51,810 nt of DNA, filler included, from Sphacelaria rigidula (GCA_964200075.2; 4 parts of 4 records of this genome joined end to end with filler, not necessarily neighbours in it); one strand, 5' to 3'; counted from the whole stretch's first letter, positions 1 to 13,440 are shown. Numbers and translations: made by a program. The notes: generated by a model not told the origin, from the letters alone.

Positions 1-1189
1 TCATCACGAGTCAACTTACTATACTAAAACCAAGTAATTTCCTGACGAATCATCATTTGTCCCAACCGTGATCTATTTCCAAGAGGTTCCCGTCTTTCGC
101 TCCCTCCCTCCGAAAATGGGAACGTGCCAAAAGCCCTGAAGAGCATCCCTTTCTTTTACCCCGAACTTCATGGGAAAGGGGAACGGCAGACGCAAATCCC
201 TCCCAAAAACATTGACGGGGATTGAGGGGCATGAGTTAATGCATTTTGAGGATCATCTGTCAAGCTTTCAGGTCAGCGAATGCACTTTTGAATGGAACCT
301 TGCTTGAATGCTCAACCTCAGATTTGCGAGAAGAACCTCTTCGCGATGGTGTGTATAGTGGTTCAATTAGTATAGATAGTAAGGGATAAAGTGGACCCAT
401 TCTCAAATATCATCTCCAGGTGGCTAGTTCCTTCACGAATGAGTACCAAGGTGATCAGCTACCATCCAAATTATACCCTGCATCACCGTGATGGCTGGCT
501 ACCGTGAACATTCTCAACCCCTCAAACGTCATATCTCGAAGAGAGCCGTGCTTCATCAGTGTTTTCGCTGACCTTCAAGTCATGAGAAATGGCCCCCTGA
601 CGACCACATTTCCTCCCCGTATTGTGGGAGACTCAGTCTTCCGTTCCCCCCGAAGACATCTGCGAATAAAGCATGATTTTTGGAATCACCAACGCCCCTT
701 TTTCCGCCCCAAAATGAAAGCCAATGTGCCTTCGCGCATTGCCGTGGGGGGAATGGCTGGAAACCCCCAAAATATAGCTTGAGGTCGGGGGAATGAGAAC
801 GCGCAAGTGATATCATGACTTGAGGTCAGTGCAAAGATTGTTTTGGAGTCGAAACTCATCATGTTACCCCATTTTTCGTACAGGATCTTCCGTTTCCTCA
901 CTAAATCGACCCATTCCTCCCGCCCAGCTGATCGTTTGTTTTTCATTACTCGCGTTCTCCCAATTTCCAAAGTGGAAAGCAGATACCACGGAGAAAAAGC
1001 CTCACGAATTTCGGAATCCAACCCTCGTTCTCTCCACCTCAATGGCGACTGTCGGACCATTACACCACCGGGGCGCACGCACCATCATATTAGATGTTTG
1101 ATGCTTTACAGATGATCTATTCTCACACACCCGGTATACAACATAGCTCACAAGGCAACATCTTGATACAGTGGAATTCTGCAGCCCTC

Positions 1190-1300
1190 CTCAAACCCAC
1201 CGACAATTTTCGTTTTTGTAAATCCGCATCAATTTGACTTTCATGACTGAAAATGATGCCGATTGGAGCAAGTCGCCAATGGCTTTCAAAAGGATCAAAC
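1190..1300. repeat. Degenerate copy of the piggyBac-type MITE
   Basis: Shares AACCCACxGACxATTTT and CATxxTTTGACT...ATGACTGAAAATGATGCCGATT with 47931-48048. Confidence 0.55.
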
Positions 1301-1990
1301 TGACACACAAAAAGGTTCGCAGAGGGGGGGAGTTTCGTGGATTGAAACCGCGCTGGCCCGAGAGTCTACGACAAGGCAAAAAAGACTAGCGAACCAATCG
1401 CTCATTGAAGCAGGCACTTCCCTATCCCAACTCAAACTTTTTGGGCGGCTACCCCCGCCCGTGCTTCCCCGCTGCTTTGTAGCGAAACAAGAGTACAGTA
1501 GCGCTTTCAATGTTTACTACTGCAACTCACTGGTATTACAAATATAAAATAAACCCTCTGCCGTTTCAATCAAAACATGGTTGCGGATGCTGAATTACAG
1601 CAACAAGCTCCCACTCCCTCTGAGCAGTATCCATACTTGGGACGTGAAATGCCTCACGAATTTCGGAATCCATGTGTCCCCCCACCCCCCCCCCCCCCCA
1701 ACCTGTACTACTTATCGAGCAGGGTTGTCCTCTACAGGTTGAAACTCGTATCACGTGTGTTTACACTACCGTACTTGTCGAAAAAAAAAAGTCCTTGCTC
1801 AAATAACGGCACCAAGCCAGAAAACAAATGCTCAGCATGCCACACGTCGACCGCAAGCATGTACACTTGCGTGCATGTGACTCGTGAATGCCCATTTGAG
1901 TATCAGCTGTTGAGGAGCGAACTAAACGAAATCTTGAAATAAAACACGTACGCATAGACTTTCTGTCCGGCGTTCATCCTCGGCTGCTAT

Positions 1991-4900
1991 CTAAGTGTGC
2001 AGCATGTGGAAGTCGGTACCAAGGGGTCCGTCGACCCGGTAGTTTTCTACCTCTCCACGCATGGCACCAGCACCATGCATCACGGGCATACCGTCAGCAC
2101 CAACCACGGGGCGCGCCGTCTCGCCCAGCAGGCCGCTGTAGTGCTTGTTCGGCATATCCCGGAAGAAGTCGCCTGTACAACAGAGAAAAGTGGGTGAAAT
2201 GCAGGTCGGGCTTTTAGCAAGGGGGCAGTTTTCTACTATTTTCAATCAAGAGTGGGTTCACTGACGATTTATCCACAGTCCATCTACTCCACCGATGATA
2301 TTGGCTTCTCGCTATGTCCGGTCAAATGGCTCAACACATGTACATTCATGTAGTACTGAAACATCATCTCCAACACCGAGCACCAGCGAATGCGCCAACT
2401 CACCACCACCGATGTTGACGTTACCGCCCCCGAACTGCTCGATACCGAGGTTCATCTGCCAGAATTCAAGGTCGGGCAAAACGCGGCCGTCGGGCAAGGT
2501 CTCTCCACCCTGATAGTTCGTGCCCACGTTCAGACGGATCTTGAGAGAAGGCGTCTCGATCCTGAATACCGCATGGTTGGATTCTGTCAATGCAAGACGG
2601 TGAGGGATCTGACTGAAGAAGGCGACACCATCGCTGTTAGCGGCAGCTTTCACGAATTGTGCACACCAGGCAGGCGCAGCGACAGGCGGGCCTGAGATGA
2701 CCCACTCTGGGAAGGTCACAACCGGCGTGCTCCTGCGAAACAGCAGTTGCGACGGTATTTGCGGGGCAACCCACCACCGAGGGGCCAGGAGAGAGGGGTG
2801 GGGACAGGAGTGGCGTGCATCGGGTGTCCAGTGAGCAGAGCTAGCAACAAGCCGATACCAAAAACCAAACAGACCATACAGAACCACGAAGTTGATGGAG
2901 CTGAAGGTAACAGCTTGCCTCTGTTGGCTAATCCTGCCCAGAACGGGTTAACGGCAAAATGCACGGTCCCGCTACTGAACCGCTGCCCAAACACAATGGA
3001 CGCGCATGCTGACGGAAAAACCTAGCATCTTGTATAAATTCAACAACTCGACACACGGAACAGAGTAGGAACGGCATGTGGGAATGCATGAAACATTGTT
3101 CAGGGGACAATGCGAATACCACGGTAGGCGTGTGAACCCTTTGGGTCGAATATGGTTTGTACGGTACTGATTATTATCTGGTGCATCACGAGACAACCTC
3201 TTCACGCTGGTGCCGGGCTTAGTTGCAATCTCAACACGCAAAAGTGACAGGAATTCGTCTGGTTGACCCACACTCACCTCAGGCTTCGGCGGCCAACAGA
3301 GGTAGCAGCGGCGGCGGCCGAAGAAATTTCCGCGAACTTCCGCGCCCAGATCAGGTCACCACCGAACGGACGGCACTCGGCAGGGAGGTTGGAAGCAGTC
3401 AACTTCGTCTCGCTAGTGGTGCCGGCAAACAGGGAAACGTCGACGGGACCCTTCATAGCATCCAACTCAACACCGTCCACCAGGACACGAAGGCCACCGT
3501 CAGCCAGGCACGGTCTCACATCCTGCCTGTGGCAACCCTGGGTCTCCGTGGTGTAGGGGTCCTTGACCTGAGCATGGATTTTGCATTGAGCATGTTTGTT
3601 GATGGGTCAGGTGGGTATACGGGGCAGGTGCAAGCCTCTGGTTGCACGGGGCGTGAGACGGTGGACGGTTTCGTGGGCTGTGTATCGTGTGTTGCACAGC
3701 TTCGCTGTTTTACCTTACCGCACGGTTCAAGTCTTGTATATTGTGCATGCATGTTTGGATGCAGTCCATTTGAATCGACATCTCACCTCCACAATGAGAG
3801 AGTGGTCGCCCTCGAGGATGGAGACCCCGGTGACGAGCTGCCTGTCGGGGAATTCTTCGCTCATGGGGGCGGTAACGCGGACGTTGACCTGGGTTGCGTG
3901 CTGCGATGCACTGACGGATTGGCCTGGATAAGGTTCATCAGAGAGACACAACCACGGTGGGCGTGAAAAATGTTAATTCGACGAATGAGACGTTCGGGGC
4001 AACGCCAAACCTGTTTGGATTACGGATGTCAGAAGTCTACTGAACACCAGGTGGAACATCGGATGTTCCATCTGCAGCTATTCGCAGTACTTGTCTATCG
4101 TAATCTCCCCCTCAGACGCAACAAGGACTAAACTAAACACTCCTCCCACCCACGTTCACCTGACGACGACAGCAGCGAGTACCACGCTCCATCGACGCCA
4201 GACCAATCGATCTTCTGGCCCGCAAGTCCCACCATGTGAGGATCATCGCACATGCCCGAATCGACAGCCACATCATCCACCGCGCTCAGATCAGGATCGT
4301 TGCCCTCATCGTCCATGTAGCTTACGGAAACTACGGCGTCAGCGCCCGCACGCTCGTCACACGTGTCCAACAGCACAGTGAACTCCGCGAGGTTGGCTTC
4401 CAAACTGCCCACCGTGAAGGTTGCCTTGCTACCGCTGACTTCGGCCGTACCGCCGTTGGCAGAAGTGGTTGCCGATAACACGCGGATGCTCCCGAAGTCG
4501 ACAACGACCTCGACGTTGGTGGAAGGGCACGGGATCACGGATCCACCTGCCCCACTCAGGATGGCGGCCAGTGCCTCTGTTGGGTCGGAAGTGTCGGCGG
4601 TGGAGGGACCGGGGAAGGGGGCAGTGGGGGGGATATGATATGTCTGCTCTTCTTTTGACGAATTGGCATGTTTGTAAAACTGAAATTGAAACTTAACAGA
4701 AATGAAACGTAAAACATCCAAAAGTCACCCTGTTCTTGGAACACGTCTTTCACGTGATGTCATGGCGAATTGACTTGAGCAAAAAACTGCGTACTGCGTG
4801 CATTCTACCGAAACACACGATAGGGATATGACGCTAGTGGGCGCTTCAGGCGTTTACAAGCTGCTGTAGGTAAGGAAATACTTGCGTGGAATAATTACCC

Positions 4901-7900
4901 TTGATTGGACACAATCACCATGCGTCATAGACGACCAGCACCAAACGCGGGAACATGGTATTGACAACAGCATCCACATGAAGCACACGAAACAAATGTG
5001 TGTCCCAATTTCAGCAAAACAATCTCCAAACGGTGAGGGTATTATTCTTTCTTTCTCGTTTGATATATCACCTTGCTCGCAGAGTAGAAAGGCGAGACGT
5101 TACAAGATGCCCATTTCCAAGAAAGACGCGCGGCGAAGCAAAGCAACCTCACGCTTCCCTCTACGGGTCATGTAGATTCCGGGGTGTACCATCTCAAATG
5201 GGGCGAAGCTGCGGTTCGGGTCAAGCAAGGGTCGAACGATTTCACTCACGGTCAAGTTGCTCGAAATCTCCAATCTCGAACACGTTCGCCTCTTCACCGC
5301 CGATAGCCAGCAGCGTTGCATCGCTCACTTCGTTACCTGTGAGGTTGAAAAAACGGTTGTTGAGGGAACGTGGGGGAAAGCTTACGTCATATTTACACTG
5401 GACAAGCAAAGAGAGACTACATGGTGCAATGACTGTAAAAAATATCATTGCAACAGCTGGGCGCGGTCTCGACCTCTCGAGTGATGTCAACATCTCGACT
5501 TCCGCCCAACATGTGCGAGAGTGTGTCCAAAGCGCACCTGGTTACAGCCGAGACTCGATTTACTCATGAGACAGTGCGTTGTGGTCGTCGTATCATCGCG
5601 ATTTGAACCCACACACCAATCATTTTCAAACACGAGTCTCAGCCTCAAAAAACGATGTCCAGCTCTTTTCTTAGCTCCAACTCCTAGGCGAACTAGTGAC
5701 GTTCTTCACATTCAAAGCCTCTCGATCACGCATACGTTCTTCTGCTTGCTTTCATCAACTCTGTTCACCCACAGCGGTTGAGCGTAAACGGCTTATGCTA
5801 CTGGATACACCACTTCAAAATCCGGGAAACAAGAGTCAAAGCGATGCAAGACCCGTTCTTCCCCCGGTACTTGCATAGCAGTCCCGCAGAGAGCACCGAA
5901 ACCACATTTTTACACCCCGGCCTACTTGAATCCTTGCGTTTATCTGCTTCAAGGAATTATAAAGAACGACGAGTGCTCTCTGAATGCCGACTCGCAAAAT
6001 TTGGTCTAGCTCGTTCGCAGCTTCAAGTGTAGACCTCCGTACCTACTCCGACGGCAAAGACGATGGTTCCTTCGTCCCTCGCCATGTTGGCCTGTTCGGT
6101 GGGATCACCCCCATTGCCGTCTGTGATGACGATCATGAACGCGGCTGTGCCGTCCTGTGCGTTCAAGAGCCTTCTGGCCTCCTCCACTCCCTTCGGGATG
6201 TCCGTGCCGCCTGCAAGGTGCCAGGTGGTAAACAACAACAATACAAAGGTCGGCAACGTTACTCCCATGTGTCGTCACGACGAAAAAAAAGGCTTGTTAC
6301 AGACACCAGGGGCAGTGATGCTTGTCCTCTGATGCACAAAAACCAAACTAGATACACAGCACGCAAGTTCGTTACAGGTTGGGCTACGCTATCCTCGTAT
6401 CGCTACTAAATTGATTTAGCGCAAACTTGAATCTAGCATGTTGGACTGAAAGTTCTCATGCAGGTTCAGAAATTCCCGGAATAAAACAAATAGCAACACA
6501 GCACATGTACACTTCTTGGGGGATCATTTCGCAATATATTCATGTAGCCTGCAGAATATCATGAACACTACACGCGTTGGAAGCATTCATGACCACCGAC
6601 TCAAACCGTCTATATATATATATATATATACATATGTATATATATATATATATATGTAGTGCGTCGTGAATTTTATATTAGTTTCGCACCTCCTGCTTGT
6701 TCGTCGCCATCGGCAAACGCATCGAACTCGGCCTGAGATGCGAATGTTGCGGCCGACTCAACGTTGTCGCTGAATTGCACATACGAGGCCGTCCCGCCAT
6801 TGTCAAATAACTTTCGGTTGGCGAACGCAGCCACCGCATTCTGGGCGAAGTCCTTCTCGAGAAGCCAATCAGCAGAGGCGATGCTGCCAGATCCATCCAG
6901 CACAATGGCTAGATCGACCTTTGGTGAATAAGCGCGCGTCATATTTCGCGTGTTCAAAGGGTGAGAGTCAAGATTTTCAGCGTGGCAGAATGAGTCATCC
7001 TACGATAGGGGGAGGGGGCGTTCTCATGTGTTGCTTGCCTTAGTCGTTTGACCATTGACCACGCATCCCTTTCGAGACGGTAGGGGGAGGGGGGGGGGGG
7101 AATTTCGGATCGCTTTTTGCACGAAATTCGAACTCAAATCGTCGTTGAAAGCAGCAACGGTTGTTCGAACGAGCTTGTTGTAGATGTACAACGCTCATTC
7201 ATACTGCTGGACACCGTTTTCAACCAATTACAAGCGCACCGCGAATGTGGCAGGTCGTCTGACACATCTATAAGCCTATTTGTTCGTGCAATTGCGTATC
7301 CCCCCGCCCATCGTAGGATGACTCGTATATACAGCAAGTGCCGATTCGAGAATCAACGAAAACATCCGCTTACAGAGGAGGCGTAGCGTGGATGGATTCC
7401 GAGCGAAGTTTAGCTGTTCCGAAAAAACACTAAGCAAAAGGGGAAAGAGGGCTGCGAAACCTTGCTCAACTCTCAGTCCAAGTGAAGAACTAGTTCGTTC
7501 ACGGTCAGGTGGCGCGTAGGCGCGCGCAAAAAGAAAATATGGGAAGGCGTGGTGCAGGACGAGACCTTATGCCGCCGTGGATATTGATGATCCGATCTTA
7601 CACTTCAAAACACGGCGGGACGGGTGATCAATCGATTGGCCTTATTTACCGGCCGAAGTCAAGTCGTAGATGGTGCTACTCATGGCCTTTGCCCGCTTCT
7701 TGCGGTACCATTATTGAAGGATTCCAGCTGCCAGTCACGTGGTGGTCGTCTACATACGGAATCGCCCCGGTGGTGAGAAGGGTAGCAAGTGCGACGGTGA
7801 GAGTCATGGATCACGATGTTGCTGTACTTGACCGTTCATCTAGCGTACCAACGACACCAGGTCGAATTGCACGCTAAAGATTTCGTCAGCGACGTGGCCT

Positions 7901-8987
7901 ACTGGGCGTCACTCTTGTGTTTGGCTACTATATAGACACCTCGTATCTGCTAACGAGTAGCGAGGTAGTTCGTGCATGGCTATCGAAGGGTGACCGAGTG
8001 AAGCGGGTTGCCCCCCAATCATTACACGACGTTACCGCTGGAACGTTTGGTCTAGAACAGACAGGGCTCTGGTTTCACTGTTGTACCAAGGTTACCCGGT
8101 TGCACATTTGTATGTATTCGGTGTTTCATCGAAGAAGTCTTCCGGACCTTGACTGATTTACAGACCAGGGGAGCGACGCTGCGCATGGGCCAGCAGAGAC
8201 CACAACCCGGGGGCACCGCGAGATCCACAATCGGGGGGGGGGGGCAACTCTACCGAAGGTCAAACTGCAGAGGTCGTGAGGATTGCAAAGGATAGGATGC
8301 GGCGAGGCAGTGTATCACCTTCGCCTGCATGCGTACATCTCGCAAAACCGCATACAAAACACCTGAGAGAAACACCAGAAGGAAACCTAACTTTTCTCCC
8401 AACCATAATACCACGACACAGAGAGATGCGGGTGGCAGTGATGTTTTCACGAGGCGTATGATAATGCACCGTGCAATCCATCAGGCATGAGAGTGCCCCG
8501 ATAAGTTGAGAGCAACTAAGCATGCATGGACGCTTCGATCCTCTCACCATTGCTCAACATGGACGCATTCCGGGTGAAACCGGGACTACGTTGCAGCCCC
8601 GTGCACATGGTCCGACACCCGGTGACACGAACACCGTCCGTGCGTTGCATGAATTGTGCCACGGAGAACGTTAACCAACGGAAACAGCTCAATGAACGAA
8701 TCGACGCTGTTCATACGAGTATACTACAAGTGTCCCGACACAGTAGGGAACGCAGAAGGCACGGGTAGTATATTTGATCGACTCACCGTGTTATCAACGA
8801 TCCTGGTCTCTCCTTCCAAGGAAAAGGTGAACTGAGCCTCATCGCACGGACAGCTCTTGAGCATTGCATAGCCGCTTTGCACACATGACTGGAGGCTTGT
8901 GTCTTGAGCAGCAGCCAACAACGGCATTGTGAACACGGCCACGGCGGCCGCGGCCGCCGCTGCCCGAGATAGACCAGGTGTTGTCAT
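1991..8987 (-). CDS. Secreted von Willebrand factor A (vWA) domain protein with C-terminal DPH-initiated VWD/root-cap-like domain; 9 exons, 679 aa
   Basis: Exons (minus): 8987-8787, 6918-6690, 6210-6043, 5336-5250, 4576-4160, 3923-3787, 3567-3278, 2732-2404, 2172-1991. All introns are GT-AG with matching phases; total 2040 nt from ATG to TAG. Hydrophobic signal-like N-terminus (MTTPGLSRAAAAAAAVAVFTMPLLAAAQD). MIDAS motif VDLAIVLDGSGS...GGTDI...ITDG, then VFAVGVG. Downstream: CDDPHMVGLAGQKIDWSGVDGAWYSLL...VNVRVTAP...PCLADGGLRV...NLPAECRPFG...WQMNL...GLLGETARPV...YRVDGPLGTDF. Confidence 0.88.
6995..7320 (+). repeat. Dispersed repeat family (intron 1 of vWA gene)
   Basis: GGGGGCGTxCTCATxTGTTGCTTGCCTTAGTCGTxTG recurs at 12840-12878 and 38670-38740. 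The body (TCGTTGAAAGCAGCAACGGTTGTTC...) recurs inverted at ~13060-13290. Confidence 0.8.
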
Positions 8988-11177
8988 TATGTCCCAGTAG
9001 GCGTCGACCGTTCTGTCGGTGGTACCGTTCAGTTGGCGGTATCAGTGACGCTGCCACCTGATGGTGTCTAAGAAAGGGTGGTATGCGATGAGTGAACGGA
9101 GGGGCGGGGGGGGTGAGGGGTGAGCAGGTGGTGATGAGAGGGAAAATATCATATGTCAGATAGATTAGGGAAATAGCTAGGGGAACGGATATACATCTGC
9201 GAAACGGCACAAAGGTCTGAAAGTATCTCCGCGCTGGAAATACAAACATATGATGGTACGAAAAAGCTTACACGAAAGGGTCGACGAAATATTATGGTTG
9301 AAAAGTACTCGGTTTCAGTGTTGACGATCAAATTTGATTCTTTGAGGGGGGCGTGAGATCCAGTTGCCCCCGGGCGTACGCAGGATGCGTTTGGTGCACA
9401 CACTTGCACCTGGATTTGAGCTCTGCCAACACGCCCTTTGCCTCCCTTGCCCAAGACTTGGCACATGACATGGATTGGGGATGCTACGAGTATGTCGGAG
9501 ATGTGTATAGGGTTCCATCTTACCGCTCACGGCTGACCACATCCGCGAGTTAGAACCATTTTGTCTACCCGCAAGTTGTATGCTATCTGCAACGGTTGCC
9601 TTTGGTAGCAGACCAAAAATTGGCCTGCTCATACACATTTTTTTGTCCCTCAAGATTAGTTAGGTCCTGTTGTAGTGTTCCGCCAGAGCTCTTCCGAATG
9701 GGTAGAATTAGTCCGAGAAACTGTTCTGCTGCGGTGGGAAATCCAGACTCGAAATTTCGTCAAGGGTTCGTCGCACGACTCTGCATACATAGAATGAAGC
9801 AGCTACCGTCATACCGTTTCGCTTTGGGATTAGACACACACAGATATCCCATACAGCAACTCTAAGTTCCACCCATATCCCTCTCCTCCAGCACAGGTAC
9901 TGGGTATTTTAGAGGTATCTCAAACTCGAGATTCCCGATCTATGTTTGTCCTTTGACCGCCAGGGTACGTCTACTAGTGAATCGGCATCACCTTCACTTG
10001 AAAACTTACTCGGTGACCATTGTTACCTGCTACCTCGGCGGTCAACGGGTTTTTATTCTATTTATACTGCATCGTGTGATTATACGGGGAACCTCGACAC
10101 ACCTAGAACAACAGGTGACCTGGTTGACTCGAGATGCATGCCACCACATTATCGTTGTACTCTAGAATGGCAGAAACAGGAAGTAACTGTAGGTCATCGC
10201 TGTATACAGAATGGTAATTTCAAACAGAAGCTAGCGATAGCTGCGGGGTCAGCGATCCGTCATCACGTGAATATGAGGCGGGTTTTGACCGCTGATGAAT
10301 ATACCCCGAGCTTTTGTCGAACAAGGGGTGGTGAAAACAAGTAAATAGAACCAAACGAATTTGGGGTCCGTGACGTGCCGCTGCGTTTCGGTTTAGCTTC
10401 ATGTGTCGAACAGCGCATAGACAACATGCTGTACAGGATGCGGTGCAGCCGCAACGCGTTTATTGTCGCTGCTGTTGTGTTTAAAAGCGTTCAGGCGGGT
10501 CCGACAACAAGCCTCCTGTTCCACATGTAAAATAAGCAATAACCCTGGGTACGATCAGAACGTTGAACTACTCTGCACCCCAACGTACGGCCATTGGTTC
10601 TTCGATCCTGCCGTTGCCGCAGCGGTTATGGACTGAACTGAATATCTCCTTTTGTGCAATGCTTGGGAACTAATCGCAATTTTATTGCACTCCATCGGGA
10701 CGATCCTTTTGGATCTTTCAAGATCTGTTCCGCATCTTTCGCGTTGTGGAGACACGCCTCCTTGATTTCTGTCTTGAATTGAGCCAGTGTTGAGTTAGCA
10801 CCATCGAACTTTACTCCTGGATCGACGTGACCATCGGCAAATGCACGACAGAGCTACGGTCAGTGAAGCAGACGTAGATCACCTTGTTGGATATCGTACT
10901 GCACTGTGCCGTATTTTGCATGCATGCTGTAGAAAAATAATCTGTGTACGAAGGGTGCCTTCCTGTCTCACAGTTCGGATGATCGTGTCGAAATAATAGC
11001 GGCGCAACCACTGGGGAAGTTTTCTTGTATATATCAAGGTTGTCTTCGGCAAGCTCGAGGAGAGGACAGGAGGAGGAGAGTTGCTCGAGATACCGTGCTC
11101 CACAACTCACCCACTTCCCAGATTCTACACTTCCTATGCAACCATATTAGTACACGGCGAACGTGGAGGCATAAGGC

Positions 11178-11476
11178 ATGTCGCTCTCAAACCGAGACAG
11201 TCAGGACGGACACGCGGTACAGCGCCGTGTGTCCTACCGTAGGCTGAGGGACACTGATAGCAGTATCAGTGGGAGCGAGTCACGCGGGGACGAGAGCAGC
11301 ACAGGAATGCGAGCAGCAAGAGCAGTGGCCTCGACCGATTCTAGATACTACTGCAGTGACGACGGTGACCATGATAATGATGATGATGTAGATGGTCACC
11401 GCGACGAGGACATCCTACTGGACGAGGCCTTGGGTGTACCAGCCTCTATATGGCACGAGATTTGGCTCACGTTAAG
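11178..11476 (+). CDS. Probable first exon of a gene divergent from the vWA gene; product unknown
   Basis: ATG-initiated Ser/Asp-rich low-complexity ORF (MSLSNRDSQ...DEALGVPASIWHEIWLTLR) ending at AAG|GTGGGA donor in phase 2. No downstream exon found before the segment ends at 12878. Confidence 0.5.
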
Positions 11477-12878
11477 GTGGGACTCCAAACATTCAGTGTA
11501 TTGTTGGCACAGATCTGGACGGACGGAGATGGAACCCTAAGGTATAAACGGTACAGTAAAGATGGTGCACACCATACAACAGTACAGACAAGATTCTGTC
11601 GAGAGAAAAATATCGGACGCGGAGCACCCCCCCCCCCCCCCCCCCCCCCCGGAGGGCAATTTTTCGAAAAATGTCATGATTTTTACATTTTTTTGTGAGC
11701 TTTTTGTGAGCTTTTTGTGAGCTTTTTGTTGAAGGAAATTGATCAACAAACACTGACAAAAACCGAAAAGTCTGGCGGACTTTGCGAGGTTCGTATATTT
11801 GCTTCTTCTGTTCCTTGTCCGCCCTGAGTGCACGGTAGCGACAGCCTGTAGCCAAAGTAGCAACTTTCCCCCACGCCTCTCGCCAAATTTTCCCGGACTA
11901 CTAGTAGTGGTAGGTATTCGAGGCACACGACACGGAACATGATCCCATAAATATAATCAGGGTAGGTGATGGGCTTGGGGGGGAGGTGTGCCTGTCATCT
12001 CAGCGGTCTCCACGCTAAGAACCTCTGTACACGGCAGCTGGCCGCATCCGCTAACGCCTCGGCAATAAACTAGGGGACAGCAGGTTGGGTAACCCCCCCG
12101 TCAAAAATTCGAGTTTTCAATCTTGGGGCCTACATATCCCGAAATATATTTTCGACAGACCCTTGGTACAGGCAGTAGCAGCACCAGCGTAGTGCAGTTA
12201 TATATCCAAGGACCCCTGCGATAACTCGATAGGTTGTTATATCTTTCATCATATTACTAGGTGTGGTCATACAAAAATTGTGGACGATGGCGAAAATTTG
12301 AGATATTTGCACCGAGATCGCCCTGCGAATACAAATCTTGAAAAATGTCCACGAGATACGAGCTGCGTCAACCGAGAAAACCGCGTTCCTGCGGCACACA
12401 ATTTTTTTTTTTAGTTTCCAGAACAAGTCCGATGTAAGTATATCGATGTCAACTGCTGACCAACCGGCTGATGATGCACGCTCTGCCACTAAAAGAAAAT
12501 ATGCACAAAACTATTGCTTAGCGTAATAAAGGCATAATATATTACCTCAACCACAGAACCGGATTATCTGCAAAAAAACTTGTTATTATCTCCCGTCGGG
12601 ATTCGCACTCATGACCTTCCGTCCCCTGTGCAACTCCCCCATATCAGGTAGGCAATGGGGTGCAGCGGTGTCACACAAAAAGTGGAATTCCCTACCCAGT
12701 TGTAGGTGTTTCGAGCCGAAAAATTACAAGGACCTTCTACACGCAAGTCGAACATTCTTCACAGCAGTTCAAAATCTTCACCGAGGCATGATTTTTATAT
12801 TTGTGGAATTTTCAACTCACGTGTTCTTCTTTTTATTGGGGGGGGGCGTACTCATTTGTTGCTTGCCTTAGTCGTTTG

Positions 12879-12978
12879 NNNNNNNNNNNNNNNNNNNNNN
12901 NNNNNNNNNNNNNNNNNNNNNNTTAATTAATTAANNNNNNNNNNNNNNNNNNNNNNNNNNNNNNNNNNNNNNNNNNNN
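12879..12978. other. Artificial 100-nt spacer (N44-TTAATTAATTAA-N44)
   Basis: Identical spacers at 25857-25956 and 38835-38934; the 12-mer gives stops in all six frames. Confidence 0.97.
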
Positions 12979-13059
12979 GATTGTCTTGCATTTGGATGAC
13001 AACCTACAATGAGTTGCTGTATTTTCTGGTATCGCCACTTCCCGACAAAAGGGGGGGGG

Positions 13060-13290
13060 GGATGGATTCCACGGAAAAATGGGCTCATAGGTGCGTTAAA
13101 CGACCTGACACCATCGCGGTGTGCTCGTATTTGGGTATAAGCGGTATCAAGCAGTGTGAACGAGCGTTGTTTATCCCGAGCAAGCGCGTTTGAACAACCG
13201 TTGCTGCTTTCAACGACAATCAAAGTGTAAATTTCGGGGAGAAAAACGACCCACAATACCCTCCCCCTGTCGTAGCATGCCTCCTCTCCC
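13060..13290 (-). repeat. Inverted copy of the 6995-7320 repeat family
   Basis: Both copies translate to IVVESSNGCSNxLxxDxQRSFxLLDTxxxQxxAHR, reflecting nucleotide homology. Confidence 0.8.
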
Positions 13291-13440
13291 CCCGTACACG
13301 CCCGGCATATTATTATCGCAGATTGGATGAGCACTCGCGCACCCGGTCGACTCCTGCTAAATTATTTTTTTCGCTTCTCACGCGTTCGTGTTCTATAACG
13401 ATGGAAACCAGACACTTTTGTCAGGAGCTGAGATGCATGT

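Noticed and set aside
1-1000. Possible decayed coding or TE sequence at the window start
   Set aside because: The frames I translated are interrupted by stops and I recognised no protein motif.
3223-3966. 247-aa plus-strand ORF
   Set aside because: Antisense shadow of exons 6-7 of the vWA gene.
7117-7386. Conserved small protein pair (IVVESSNGCSN...) at 7117-7386 and 12927-13334
   Set aside because: Better explained as copies of a non-coding dispersed repeat; no domain recognised and the similarity breaks at homopolymer runs.
11690-11730. (TTTTTGTGAGC)x3 or the GAAAATGAC cluster as a CRISPR-like array
   Set aside because: Simple tandem or irregular repeats in eukaryotic DNA; no constant-length unique spacers and no cas genes.
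12923-12934. TTAATTAATTAA as a biological motif or piggyBac target
   Set aside because: It is a six-frame stop linker embedded in Ns, identical at all three gaps.
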